In this document: positions 36,752 to 46,669 of the stretch, piece after piece
Layout: each line of letters starts with the position of its first letter
Position numbering within the stretch: the stretch's first letter is position 1
IMG/VR virus record: IMGVR_UViG_3300042891_002054
Direction: 5' to 3' (one strand)
Length of the DNA stretch: 64,000 bases
Origin: a virus
Taxonomy: Duplodnaviria > Heunggongvirae > Uroviricota > Caudoviricetes
Program-made: the position numbers and the translations under genes
The notes under the pieces: model-generated
Databases searched by the model: none
What the model saw: the letters and a program-made list of their open reading frames with translations, nothing else
Told to the model about the DNA's origin: nothing

Positions 36752-37270
36752 ATGGATTTAAATGGTATTAAAAAATTATATTTAGAAAGAGAACTTACTA
36801 AAGCTGAATTAAAAAAACGAGAAGAAATTGCTAAGGCTATGGAACGAGAAAATCCAGGAATGGGTTCTACTCCAGAAGGTATGTCAAAAAAAATGGCAAT
36901 TGCAACTGCTCAAGCTAAAAAATGTTGCGAAGAAGCTGAAGATTTACAAGAAGTTTCAAAATATGATGCTGTTGTTACTTATTATAGAAGTTTAGGTTTA
37001 GATCCATATAAATTACGTGGTCCAGTAGGAAAACAAATTAGAGCAAAAATTAAAGCCTCTCCTGCATTTCATGCATGGGCTAAAATTAATAATTATGAAA
37101 GCGTTGAAATGCCAACATTATATAATACAATAAAAGAAATAAAACAAGATAATCTTAAAGGTAAGAAAGGAGAAGTATTATTTTTTGGTTACCCAGATTT
37201 TAATGCTAATACATCTAATTCTGATCAAGAGCAAGCTCAAACTGATAATAATTTCTTAACTCCAAACTAA
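36752..37270 (+). CDS. Hypothetical protein
   Basis: 172-aa ORF. Confidence 0.35.
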   Translation: MDLNGIKKLYLERELTKAELKKREEIAKAMERENPGMGSTPEGMSKKMAIATAQAKKCCEEAEDLQEVSKYDAVVTYYRSLGLDPYKLRGPVGKQIRAKIKASPAFHAWAKINNYESVEMPTLYNTIKEIKQDNLKGKKGEVLFFGYPDFNANTSNSDQEQAQTDNNFLTPN

Positions 37271-37274
37271 TATA

Positions 37275-37282
37275 TATAAATA
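37275..37282 (+). promoter_or_regulatory. T4-type late promoter box TATAAATA
   Basis: Exact TATAAATA, about 31 nt upstream of the ATG at 37313. Confidence 0.4.
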
Positions 37283-37312
37283 TTATATAAACCTTAACTT
37301 ATTGGTATATAG

Positions 37313-37696
37313 ATGAAATCTTTTAAAGCATTTTTAAATGAAAAATTTTTAGCAGCTCCGGTTGTTGATATCGAAACTCCAGCAACAACCGATATTTCTA
37401 TTCCTGAAATAAAAAATCAATTGAATAGAAATATTGATTTGATATTTAATCAATCGTTTGTTTCTATTGAACAAGCAATTTCAAAATTAAGTAAATTGTT
37501 GGCGATGTACAATTTAGATATACCTCAGGTAGATTCGAATGATGTGAAGTCTGATTCAATTCAATTAACTGTTGGTCATCGTAACGTTAAATGGGATGAA
37601 TTTGACGGAAAAATTAACGAAACTAATCCTTACATTTTAAAATTTTCTTACAAATTAATTGATGGATTGTATAAATGTTCTGCTAAAATAGAATAA
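37313..37696 (+). CDS. Hypothetical protein
   Basis: 127-aa ORF. Confidence 0.35.
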   Translation: MKSFKAFLNEKFLAAPVVDIETPATTDISIPEIKNQLNRNIDLIFNQSFVSIEQAISKLSKLLAMYNLDIPQVDSNDVKSDSIQLTVGHRNVKWDEFDGKINETNPYILKFSYKLIDGLYKCSAKIE

Positions 37697-37718
37697 CTTT
37701 TAAATTTTATGGGTAATT

Positions 37719-38102
37719 ATGGATAATTTGACTGATGATAATTTTTTATTATTTGCTGCAAAACATTACATTTCAACACATTATTCTACGTTTGAGTTTA
37801 ATTCAGACTTAAAGAGAATAACTTATATTAAAAGGTTGTTGAGGAAATATAAAAAAAGTGAAGAATTAGCTGAACGATTAATTTTAAATCATTTAATATT
37901 ATTATTTAATGTTTTTGGACCTACTTGTGCAGTAAATAAAATGCTATTTTTTAAATTAGATGCTGAATATTACCCAGCATTAAAAACATTTTTGATTTAT
38001 TTGAATAGAATGTCTGAAGAAATAGAAATAAATAATAATAAAGTTATTTCTTCTGATATTCCTATTGATATGGATATCGCGCACATATTAAGGCAATTAT
38101 GA
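37719..38102 (+). CDS. Hypothetical protein
   Basis: 127-aa ORF. Confidence 0.35.
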   Translation: MDNLTDDNFLLFAAKHYISTHYSTFEFNSDLKRITYIKRLLRKYKKSEELAERLILNHLILLFNVFGPTCAVNKMLFFKLDAEYYPALKTFLIYLNRMSEEIEINNNKVISSDIPIDMDIAHILRQL

Positions 38103-38279
38103 AAACATTTAAACAATTTTTAGAAGAAGATGGGGCAGCTGCTGGTATCGGAGGGACTCCAACTAATAGTGTTGGTGGAGGCGCAATTGCTGGTTGTGGA
38201 GTTGGTCCACAAGGGGAACCAGGTGTTTCTAAGAAAAAGAAATCAAACCCTGTTATAGCAACATTTACAAGGAAGTCTA

Positions 38280-38834
38280 ATGGATAAATATTTAAATAAA
38301 ATAACATCAATCATTGATGAACAGGGGTTTAAAAGAACTCATCAATTTAAAATTAATGAAATTGAACTCTTAGAATCGTTAGAAACAAGTATTGATGACA
38401 TTTTACTTGAAGTAACAAATTCTCCATCTAATCCGCCAACTGAAGCAAATGATCCTTCTACTAAAGAAGGAATTTCAAACTCAACTGCTAGTGAATTTTT
38501 TTCCAGGGCAAGAGCTTTAGCTACAACAACTCATTTTGCTCATTTAAGTACTGATTCTTTTTCTGAGCATTCTGCTCTTGCTACATTTTACGAAGAAATT
38601 ATTGAATCAATTGATTCATTTTGTGAAGCCTATATTGGTTTATATGGTAAATTTATTACTTTACCGCCAATTGCTCCTCAAATGCAATTAGCTGTTGATG
38701 CTATAATTGAATTTAGAACTTGGATTGCTAAAAACAGAATTTTAATTACTGATGATAGTTCGTTACAGAATATAATTGACGAAACAGTTGAGTTATGTAA
38801 TACAACTGTTTATAAATTACAAAAATTAAGTTAA
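38280..38834 (+). CDS. Hypothetical protein
   Basis: 184-aa ORF. Confidence 0.35.
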   Translation: MDKYLNKITSIIDEQGFKRTHQFKINEIELLESLETSIDDILLEVTNSPSNPPTEANDPSTKEGISNSTASEFFSRARALATTTHFAHLSTDSFSEHSALATFYEEIIESIDSFCEAYIGLYGKFITLPPIAPQMQLAVDAIIEFRTWIAKNRILITDDSSLQNIIDETVELCNTTVYKLQKLS

Positions 38835-38847
38835 TTGGTATTTTGAT

Positions 38848-39051
38848 ATGTCTGTTGTTTTCAATGATGTAAATAGTAATTGTCACCATAATAATTCAAC
38901 ACACCCAAGTGAGGCGATTTCGTCAATCATTGATTACAATAGATGCGAAAGATTATTAGATTCTATGGAAAAATATTCTAAAAAATTAGATATTTTAGTA
39001 GAAAAAACTGCAAATATAGAAAAGACATATTTAAGGGATAAAAATGGCTGA
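38848..39051 (+). CDS. Hypothetical small protein
   Basis: 67-aa ORF. Confidence 0.25.
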   Translation: MSVVFNDVNSNCHHNNSTHPSEAISSIIDYNRCERLLDSMEKYSKKLDILVEKTANIEKTYLRDKNG

Positions 39052-39481
39052 AAGAATGGAAACTTCAATCTTAACAGATTTAAAGGTAGAAATTGCCATG
39101 TTAAAACAGGAAGTTTCGTTTATCAATAAACTTTTTGAAAAAATGGACACATTAATTAATAAAATTGATGCTCAACATGACACGTTAGTTGATAAGACAA
39201 CAAAGGTTGAATCAAACCTTACTTTCACAAAAGAAGAATTAACAGAACTTTATTCATCCCTTGAAAAATCAGAGAAAGAACTGAGCGATAGAATTAATTC
39301 TATCGAAAAATTGATTACAAGAGAAATTAAAACTCTAGATGCAGATTTGAGTAAAAGAATTCGAACCATAGAAGATAAAACAGGAAGTTTGTTTGAAGCT
39401 AAATGGATGGGAATGGGAATTATAGCTGCTATCACTTGGTTGATATCAAATTTAGACTCTGTAAAGAAATTATTTAACTAA
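39044..39481 (+). CDS. Coiled-coil protein with C-terminal transmembrane anchor
   Basis: Heptad-rich coiled coil followed by 'MGMGIIAAITWLISNL'. Confidence 0.4.
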   Translation: MAERMETSILTDLKVEIAMLKQEVSFINKLFEKMDTLINKIDAQHDTLVDKTTKVESNLTFTKEELTELYSSLEKSEKELSDRINSIEKLITREIKTLDADLSKRIRTIEDKTGSLFEAKWMGMGIIAAITWLISNLDSVKKLFN

Positions 39482-39485
39482 AAAG

Positions 39486-39514
39486 CTTTACAAAAAACCA
39501 CTTCTATAGTATAA
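39486..39514 (+). promoter_or_regulatory. Sigma70-like promoter (TTTACA-N17-TATAAT)
   Basis: TTTACA 39486-39491, 17-nt spacer ending 'ttctatag', TATAAT 39509-39514. Confidence 0.5.
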
Positions 39515-39543
39515 TAAGCCTATACTAGAATTATAGGCTTTTT
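39515..39543 (+). terminator. Rho-independent terminator
   Basis: Hairpin aagcctata-ctagaat-tataggctt followed by TTTTTT. Confidence 0.65.
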
Positions 39544-39544
39544 T

Positions 39545-40546
39545 ATGTCAATTTGGATTGATCGAAAATATCTTTTAATGTTGTCCCCTAAGTTGCAACT
39601 GTTCAAGCAAAAGAACACCAACTTGTATACATTTCGTTGTCCGTATTGCGGAGACTCGCAAAAAATCCGTTCTAAAACTAGAGGGTTCGTTTATTCTAAA
39701 AATAATCAATACTTTTTCACTTGTTTTAATTGCGACAAAGGTACAACATTAAAATCATTAATTCAATTTCTAGACCCGTATCTAGAGAAAGAATACATAC
39801 TTGAAAATTACAAAGAAAATGCTTCTTTCACAGAACGCAAAGTGATAGAAAAACCTTCTATACCAAAATTTGAAACCGTTGAACCTAAATTAGCTTTACC
39901 AACTATCGAATCATTACCCGATGATCATATTGCTAAAAAATATATTTTGAATAGAAAAATTCCTGGATTCAGTTATTCTCAATTATATTATGCTGAAGAT
40001 TTCAAACAATTTGTTGAGAGTGTTTCTGATAAACACTTAGATAAAACTGGTCCTAGAATTATTATTCCATTTTTCTCGAAATCTGGAGAGTTAATTGCTT
40101 TTCAGGGTAGAGCATTAGATGCTTATTCTATGCGATATATAACTGTAAAACTTAATAGAGATCATGAAAAAATTTTTGGTTTAGATAGAATTGATATTAC
40201 CAAACCAATTTATGTTGTAGAAGGTCCTTTTGACAGTCTATTTCTCCCCAATGCAATTGCTACAGCGGATTCTAATTTAGCAGCTGCTGGAAATATTTTC
40301 TCAAAAGATAAATTGATATTAGTTCCTGATTGTGAACCGAGAAATAAAAATATTGTTGAAAACATTAAAAAATTTATAAAAAATGGATTCAATGTTTGTT
40401 TGTTACCAGAGACTTTTGGTGCAAAAGATATTAATGATGCTATAAAAAATGGCTTGACGGAACAGGAATTGTTAGGTATAATAACTAAGCATACCTATTC
40501 TGGGTTGATGGCTGAGATTGAATTTTTAAACTGGAAAAAGGTTTGA
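39545..40546 (+). CDS. 61: DNA primase gp61
   Basis: N-terminal zinc ribbon 'CPYCGDS...CFNC' and a TOPRIM-like core. 333 aa, the size of T4 gp61. Confidence 0.8.
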   Translation: MSIWIDRKYLLMLSPKLQLFKQKNTNLYTFRCPYCGDSQKIRSKTRGFVYSKNNQYFFTCFNCDKGTTLKSLIQFLDPYLEKEYILENYKENASFTERKVIEKPSIPKFETVEPKLALPTIESLPDDHIAKKYILNRKIPGFSYSQLYYAEDFKQFVESVSDKHLDKTGPRIIIPFFSKSGELIAFQGRALDAYSMRYITVKLNRDHEKIFGLDRIDITKPIYVVEGPFDSLFLPNAIATADSNLAAAGNIFSKDKLILVPDCEPRNKNIVENIKKFIKNGFNVCLLPETFGAKDINDAIKNGLTEQELLGIITKHTYSGLMAEIEFLNWKKV

Positions 40547-40750
40547 GTTGTGGAAAAACTTGAAGATTTAAAATGTACGCGATTTGATGTTGATGGTACG
40601 GAATATTTGCGTGTTAATGGTGTTTGGTTTCAATATACTGAAGAACAATATATACCATTAGATAAACCTGAATTTGAAAAATATTATAAGGAGCACTTTG
40701 AACAATGATTACTGATTTTATTCATACTGAATTCTTAAAAGATCAGAATG

Positions 40751-40758
40751 TATAAATA
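40751..40758 (+). promoter_or_regulatory. T4-type late promoter box TATAAATA
   Basis: Exact TATAAATA, 18 nt upstream of the ATG at 40776. Confidence 0.35.
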
Positions 40759-40775
40759 TTTTCTTTGGAGTAATT

Positions 40776-41570
40776 ATGTTTAAAGAAAATAAGTATAGTA
40801 AAATTTATTATAAAATTATAGAAATCGCAAAAAATAGAGAATTTGATGGATATTCGGAAATTCATCATATAATACCTAGATGTTTAGGTGGAAATGATTC
40901 AAAAGAAAATTTAATAAAGTTAAAAGCACGAGAACATTATATTTGCCATTTATTGTTATCTAAAATGATTGACCATGATGGTATAAAATTTGCATTGCAT
41001 ATGATGACAACACTTAATAAAAATCAAGAAAGGGTTTATAAAATTAATTCTAGAATATACGAATATATAAAGAAATTAAATTCTGAAGCTTCTGTTAATC
41101 GTAATAATTATAGGGTATATGAAACTGGTAGATCAAAATATTTTGATCCTATAGAACAAAAATATAGATTTATAAAAGAAGGTGATTTTATTCCTGATTA
41201 TTTCACTAAGGGTTGGAATTCTGATTTTAAATCTGATATATCGCAAAAAAATAAAAATAGGGTTTATTATTATCACCCGAAAACTCTAGAGGTTAAAGCA
41301 TTTAAATCCGATCAAATTATTCCTGATGAGTGGATCAAAGGAAATCCAAATGCCGATACTTCTGATCTTACTAAAATAAGAGGAACAAATTATTATCATG
41401 ATCCTATTACAGGAGAAGAAATTCGGTCTTATAATTGTCCAAATGGGTGGATTGCTGGTAGATCTGTTATTTGGATTACTGATGGAATTAATAATAAACA
41501 ACATAACAAATATATAACCATACCTTTTGGGTATGTAAAAGGTCGAATAAACAAAAGAAAGGTAAATTAA
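40776..41570 (+). CDS. HNH homing endonuclease-like protein
   Basis: 'EIHHIIPRCLGGNDSKENLIKLKAREHYICH' HNH motif. Confidence 0.65.
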   Translation: MFKENKYSKIYYKIIEIAKNREFDGYSEIHHIIPRCLGGNDSKENLIKLKAREHYICHLLLSKMIDHDGIKFALHMMTTLNKNQERVYKINSRIYEYIKKLNSEASVNRNNYRVYETGRSKYFDPIEQKYRFIKEGDFIPDYFTKGWNSDFKSDISQKNKNRVYYYHPKTLEVKAFKSDQIIPDEWIKGNPNADTSDLTKIRGTNYYHDPITGEEIRSYNCPNGWIAGRSVIWITDGINNKQHNKYITIPFGYVKGRINKRKVN

Positions 41571-41573
41571 AGC

Positions 41574-42434
41574 ATGTCAAATAATGTTAAAAATAGTGGA
41601 ATAGAAGTTAAAATGATTGCAGATTCTTATTTTGATGGTATTGAAAATAGAATTTGTACATTGCAATTGAGGTATCATCGATATATACATCAGGAATTTA
41701 TGACACATCGTGTATTCTCTAGGTCTGCGTCTAGTTCTAGAGCTATTCCTATTAGCAAAATTATTGCTCAAGTATGGAATGATCCTGCTATGCCAGTTCA
41801 TTGGGGGGCTAATGTTGCTGGTATGCAAGCTAAATCTGAATTAAGTGGGTTAAAATTAACAGCTGCTAAATTTGTCTGGAAATTATCTGCTAAATTTGCT
41901 TGTGTATTTGCTTATGTGTTTAGTAAAATTGGTTTACATAAACAAATCGGTAATCGTATTCTTGAACCATGGCAGTATATTAATGTTATTGTTACTTCAA
42001 CTGAATGGGAAAATTTCTTTAATTTAAGAATTCATCCTGATGCTCAACCAGAAATTCAGGAATTAGCAAAAGCAATTTATGATGCAATTCAAAATAGTCA
42101 ACCAAAAAAAGTTGAGCATGGTGAATGGCATTTACCTTATATTACTGACACAGAACGCGAATTATGTGATGAAGATATTCTATTAAAATGTTCAACAGCT
42201 CGTTGTGCTAGAGTATCTTATAGCAATCATGATGGATCAAATCCTCATGTAAGAAAAGATGTTGAGTTACATGATCGTTTAGTTGGTTCTGAGCCGTTAC
42301 ATGCAAGCCCAGCTGAACACCAAGCAACTCCAGGCGAATCTGATTTTTATTACAGAAATTTTAAAGGTTGGATTCAATACAGAGATAGAATTGAACAAAT
42401 GTTATATAATAAAGAGGAAAATATTAATGAGTAA
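41574..42434 (+). CDS. thyX: Flavin-dependent thymidylate synthase ThyX
   Basis: ThyX signature 'THRVFSRSASSSRAIP' (RHRxxSxxxxSxR-type), with 'RYHRYIHQEF' upstream. Confidence 0.8.
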   Translation: MSNNVKNSGIEVKMIADSYFDGIENRICTLQLRYHRYIHQEFMTHRVFSRSASSSRAIPISKIIAQVWNDPAMPVHWGANVAGMQAKSELSGLKLTAAKFVWKLSAKFACVFAYVFSKIGLHKQIGNRILEPWQYINVIVTSTEWENFFNLRIHPDAQPEIQELAKAIYDAIQNSQPKKVEHGEWHLPYITDTERELCDEDILLKCSTARCARVSYSNHDGSNPHVRKDVELHDRLVGSEPLHASPAEHQATPGESDFYYRNFKGWIQYRDRIEQMLYNKEENINE

Positions 42435-42843
42435 AGTTGAATTAAAAGATTATGAAAAATTTGTGGCTGGTACAATTTCTCCTGCTTCCAGCGATTTCAA
42501 TTCTTTAATGGTTAGATTAGAAGAACTTAATACTGGATCAAAAGAGTTTGGCGTTAAAATTCCTCAATTGGTTACTGCTTCTGCTGGTTTAACTGCTGAG
42601 GCAGGTGAGTTTACTGAAGTTGTTAAGAAAATTTTATTTCAAGGTAAGCCGTTAAACGAAGAAAATGTTTTCCATATGAAACGTGAATTGGGCGATATTT
42701 GTTGGTATTTGGCGGTAGCAGCATCTGCATTGGGAACTACACTTGATGAAATTATTGTTATGAATGTTGAGAAATTATCTGCTCGTTATCCTGCAGGATT
42801 TGAGATTATTAAATCAGAAGTTCGCGCGGAAGGTGATGTTTAA
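42427..42843 (+). CDS. mazG: MazG-like nucleotide pyrophosphohydrolase
   Basis: 'KRELGDICWYLAVAASALGTTLDEIIVMNVEKL' matches the MazG/NTP-PPase EExxE/D core. The ATG at 42427 overlaps the thyX stop. Confidence 0.7.
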   Translation: MSKVELKDYEKFVAGTISPASSDFNSLMVRLEELNTGSKEFGVKIPQLVTASAGLTAEAGEFTEVVKKILFQGKPLNEENVFHMKRELGDICWYLAVAASALGTTLDEIIVMNVEKLSARYPAGFEIIKSEVRAEGDV

Positions 42844-42844
42844 T

Positions 42845-43036
42845 ATGGGTATTAAATTTATTAAATTATCTTTAATTATTATCGGTTATGTTATTAGTTT
42901 TGGGTTTGTGTGTCCATTTTTAATTTCGTATAAAGATGATTTTTATGTTATGGGTGGTATTGCTATGATTATTTTAACTCTGGCTACGCTGCCAACAGCA
43001 ATTAATTATGTGTTAAACTTAGTTAAAGGAAAGTAA
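42845..43036 (+). CDS. Small membrane protein (two TM)
   Basis: 'LIIIGYVISFGFVCPFLI' and 'MGGIAMIILTLATLPTAI'. Confidence 0.4.
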   Translation: MGIKFIKLSLIIIGYVISFGFVCPFLISYKDDFYVMGGIAMIILTLATLPTAINYVLNLVKGK

Positions 43037-43882
43037 ATGAAAAAAATTATTATGTTATTGATGTTCTTGTTTATTACTGGTTGTTCTAATGTTCCGCCAG
43101 GATATACAGGTATTAAAGTATTTTTAAATGGTGGTGAAAAGGGTGTTGATAGTCAAGTCCTAGGTGTAGGTAGATATTGGATTGGGGTTAATGAACAATT
43201 ATTCTTATTCCCAACATTTACTCAAAATCATGTTTGGACTCAAGTAGCAACTGAAGGTAGTCCAAACGATGATAGTTTTACTTTTCAAACTAAACAAGGT
43301 TTAACTGTTAATACTGATGTTGGTATTAGTTATCATATTGAACCTGATAAAGTAACAACTATTTTTCAAAAATATCGTAAAGGTACTGATGAGATTACTA
43401 ATCTTGTCTTGCGAAATAGCGTTAGAGATGCATTTAATAAAGCTGCATCTTCTAGAGATATTGAATCAGTTTATGGTGAAGGTAAAGCTGCTTTAGTTGA
43501 TGAAGTTCTTTCTATTGTTCAAGCTGAAATGAATCCTGTTGGTATTAAAGTAGAGTCACTCTATTTGGTTGGTAATATGAGATTACCACAAACTGTAGTC
43601 GAATCTATTAATGCAAAAATTCAAGCATTACAAAAAACTCAACAGCGTGAAAATGAAGTAGCTCAATCTAGAGCAGAAGCTGATAAAGCAATTGCTGAAG
43701 CTCGTGGTGTTGCGGAATCTAAATTAGCTATTGCCAAAGCAGAAGCTGAAGCAATTGAGATTAAAGGTGCTGCTTTAAAGAATAATCCTGCTGTATTGGA
43801 ACTGAATAAAATTGATAAATGGGATGGACAATTACCGCAGTATATGACTGGTCCAGTTCCTATGTTGAATTTTCAGAAGTAA
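43037..43882 (+). CDS. SPFH/band-7 (prohibitin/HflC-like) lipoprotein
   Basis: Lipoprotein signal 'MKKIIMLLMFLFITGC' (lipobox ITGC). SPFH domain with a C-terminal Ala/Glu-rich coiled coil 'AEADKAIAEARGVAESKLAIAKAEAEAIE'. Confidence 0.7.
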   Translation: MKKIIMLLMFLFITGCSNVPPGYTGIKVFLNGGEKGVDSQVLGVGRYWIGVNEQLFLFPTFTQNHVWTQVATEGSPNDDSFTFQTKQGLTVNTDVGISYHIEPDKVTTIFQKYRKGTDEITNLVLRNSVRDAFNKAASSRDIESVYGEGKAALVDEVLSIVQAEMNPVGIKVESLYLVGNMRLPQTVVESINAKIQALQKTQQRENEVAQSRAEADKAIAEARGVAESKLAIAKAEAEAIEIKGAALKNNPAVLELNKIDKWDGQLPQYMTGPVPMLNFQK

Positions 43883-43912
43883 TATATAGATAACGTTGAA
43901 AGGATATTAGGT

Positions 43913-43940
43913 GTTGCAGGGATGCAACTGTTTTAATTTT
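43913..43940 (+). terminator. Terminator-like hairpin
   Basis: Hairpin gttgca-ggga-tgcaac followed by tgttttaattttt. Confidence 0.4.
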
Positions 43941-44944
43941 TGAAAAGGAATGATATGGGCATTAGATTATTGACTCCAAAAACCACATATACTGTGGATT
44001 ATCCGGTAGCAATTGAATTCGCTAGAAAACAACAAGAAATTATGTGGTTTGATTTTGAAATTGAAGTTGAAAAAGATCTTCATGATTTAAAAACAAATTT
44101 TATTGAAGCTGAATATCACGGTTTAACATCTACTTTAAGGTTATTTACCAAATATGAAATTTCAGTAAATGAATACTGGAAAAATTATGTTTCGCAGGTT
44201 TTTCCTAGACCAGATATTCAACGTATGGCTGATGCATTTGCTTTTATGGAAACAAATGTTCATGCTCCATTTTACAATAAAATTAATGAAGTATTAGGTT
44301 TAGATACAGATGAATTTTATGATTCATATCTAGATGATCCAATTCTAGTTAATCGTATGAAATGGATTGGTAAAAGGTTATCCAAAAGAACGACATTAAT
44401 GGATAAATTAAAATCCGTTGGTATTTTCTCTATGGTAGAGGGTGCTGTTTTATTCTCTAGTTTTGCATTCATCAAACACTTTAATTCTAATGGTAAAAAT
44501 AAAGCTGTTAATGTAAATGCTGGGATTAATTTTTCTGCAATTGACGAATCTTTACATAATCAAGGTGGTGCATGGTTATTTCGTACTCTACTAGCAGAAG
44601 CAATTGCTGATAATCAATTAACACCAGAAGAATTGTTACATCTACGAGAAGAATTAGAAGGAACTGCTAGAGTAATTCTTGAGCATGAAATGATTATTAA
44701 TGCTAAGAATTTTGAAAAAGGTAGCATTAAAGGTATTACAGAAACGCAATTAAATCATTTTACAGAATCTAGATTGGATATGTGTTTAAAAGAATTGGGT
44801 TATAAAGCAATTTTTAAACCTAAGTGGAACCCAATTGCTGAGTGGTTTTATAAAGATTTAGAATCAACTACACTACATGATTTCTTTTCGGCAACTGGAT
44901 CTGACTATAATCGCAACTGGAAAGAGGCTAGATTTGTATGGTAA
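43940..44944 (+). CDS. nrdB: Ribonucleotide reductase class I small subunit (R2)
   Basis: 'SFAFIKHF...INFSAIDESLHNQG' matches the R2 iron-ligand region (SFA..FA....I.RDE.LH). Confidence 0.8.
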   Translation: MKRNDMGIRLLTPKTTYTVDYPVAIEFARKQQEIMWFDFEIEVEKDLHDLKTNFIEAEYHGLTSTLRLFTKYEISVNEYWKNYVSQVFPRPDIQRMADAFAFMETNVHAPFYNKINEVLGLDTDEFYDSYLDDPILVNRMKWIGKRLSKRTTLMDKLKSVGIFSMVEGAVLFSSFAFIKHFNSNGKNKAVNVNAGINFSAIDESLHNQGGAWLFRTLLAEAIADNQLTPEELLHLREELEGTARVILEHEMIINAKNFEKGSIKGITETQLNHFTESRLDMCLKELGYKAIFKPKWNPIAEWFYKDLESTTLHDFFSATGSDYNRNWKEARFVW

Positions 44945-46644
44945 AAGAATTATCAATTTATGATGAATTAAGTATAGAAAGAAAAGAGTTACAAGAACAG
45001 GGTAAATTACCTAAATGGTGTACAACTATTGCATGGCAGATGTTAAAAGAAAAAAATCTTTCTGCTGAATATCCTGACCTTGCTTCTGTTTATACTAGAA
45101 TTGCGAAACATGCTGCTAGTTATACTCCGCATCCTGCTGAATGGCAACCTAAATTTTTTGAGTTATTATGGAATGGTTGGTTAGCTGCATCAACTCCAGT
45201 ATTATCTAACATGGGAACTGGATTTGGTTGTCCTGTAAGCTGTAGTGGTGGATTTATCCAAGATTCTGTTTATGGATTCTATGGAGCTCAACAAGAAGCA
45301 GCTGTATTGAGTAAAAATGGTTTTGGCACATCTGGTTATCTTGGAGCTATTAGACCCCGTGGAGCGAAAATTAATGGTGTTAAAGGTGGAGCAAGCGGTG
45401 TACTTCCTGTGTTTAAAGATTTTGTTCAAATGTCACGAGATATTTCACAGGGCAGTCAACGACGTGGAGCTTGGGCTGGATATCTTGAAATTGACCATCC
45501 TGATTTTTATGAGATTGTAAATTATATCAGTAAAAACCCTGACGATGCTAATATTGGCTGGAATGTAACAGATAAGTTTATCGAACGATTAGATTCTGGT
45601 GATAGAGACGCTATTGGGCGTTATCAGGCTGCGTTAAAGTTAAAGATGATAACTGGTAAAGGTTATTTCTTTTTCGTTGATAGAGTTAATCAGTTAAATC
45701 CACAGATGTACAAAGAGCGCGGTCTTGATGTAAAAGCTTCAAATCTATGTACGGAAATCACTCTTCATTCTAGCGAAGATTATACATTCTCATGCGTTTT
45801 ATCTTCTATGAATTGTTCATTATATGATGAATGGAAAGATACTGATGCTGTATTTAATGCAACAGTGTTTCTAGATTGCGTTAATCAAGATTTAATTGAG
45901 ATTGGTAAAAGTGAACCTGGGATGGAAAAAGTTGTTGCATTTGCTGGGGCATCAAGAGCATTGGGATTAGGTTTACTAGGATTTCATACTTATTTGCAGG
46001 ATAATTTAATTCCATTTGAATCAATGGATGCATATTATAAAAATATTGAAATCTTTAAACATTTAAATGCAGAATCGTTAAGAGCCTCTCAATGGATGGC
46101 TGTAGAATGGGGTGAACCTGAATGGTGTAGTGGTTATGGTGTGAGAAATACTCATCGTATTGCTATTGCTCCAAATTTAAGTTCAGCATTAATTTGTGGT
46201 TCTGTTAGTCAGGGAATTGAACCAATCTATAAAAATGCTTATGTTCAAAATACAGCTGCTGGTAAGATGGACAGAGTTAATCCTTCATTATTAAAATTAA
46301 TGAAAGAAAAAGGTGTTTATAGTAATGCTGCAGTAAAAGATATTATCAGTAATGGTGGATCAGTTCAACATGTTGATTGGTTAACAGATGATGAGAAAGC
46401 TGTATTTAAAACTGCATTTGAAATTGATCAAAAACAGATTGTTAGATTAGCTAGTGCTCGTCAACGTTATATTGATCAGGCTCAAAGTATTAATTTCTTT
46501 TTCTCGGCTGATGAAGATGAAGAATATATTAGCGAAGTACATAAATTAGCATTTAAAGATCCTTGGATTAAATCACTGTATTATATCCGTTCTGAAAATG
46601 GTGTTAATGTGAGTAAAGGTGAATGTTTAAGTTGTCACGGATAA
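44938..46644 (+). CDS. nrdA: Ribonucleotide reductase class I large subunit (R1), compact form without ATP cone
   Basis: Catalytic 'SNLCTEI' and the C-terminal 'CLSCHG' redox tail. 568 aa, with no N-terminal ATP-cone domain. Confidence 0.8.
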   Translation: MVKELSIYDELSIERKELQEQGKLPKWCTTIAWQMLKEKNLSAEYPDLASVYTRIAKHAASYTPHPAEWQPKFFELLWNGWLAASTPVLSNMGTGFGCPVSCSGGFIQDSVYGFYGAQQEAAVLSKNGFGTSGYLGAIRPRGAKINGVKGGASGVLPVFKDFVQMSRDISQGSQRRGAWAGYLEIDHPDFYEIVNYISKNPDDANIGWNVTDKFIERLDSGDRDAIGRYQAALKLKMITGKGYFFFVDRVNQLNPQMYKERGLDVKASNLCTEITLHSSEDYTFSCVLSSMNCSLYDEWKDTDAVFNATVFLDCVNQDLIEIGKSEPGMEKVVAFAGASRALGLGLLGFHTYLQDNLIPFESMDAYYKNIEIFKHLNAESLRASQWMAVEWGEPEWCSGYGVRNTHRIAIAPNLSSALICGSVSQGIEPIYKNAYVQNTAAGKMDRVNPSLLKLMKEKGVYSNAAVKDIISNGGSVQHVDWLTDDEKAVFKTAFEIDQKQIVRLASARQRYIDQAQSINFFFSADEDEEYISEVHKLAFKDPWIKSLYYIRSENGVNVSKGECLSCHG

Positions 46645-46669
46645 GTCTATGAATTATAAGGAGTAGTTT

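Noticed and set aside
38062-38310. Minus ORF 38062..38310 (Pro/Ala-rich) versus plus ORF 38099..38287 (Gly-rich)
   Set aside because: These are mutually exclusive readings of a GC-richer patch. Neither has recognisable features. The plus-strand one fits the operon direction but is too weak to call, so both are left out of the feature list.
40550-40708. GTG-initiated 52-aa ORF in the gp61-HNH intergenic region
   Set aside because: No SD, overlaps the gene 61 stop, and has no supporting motif. Too weak to call.
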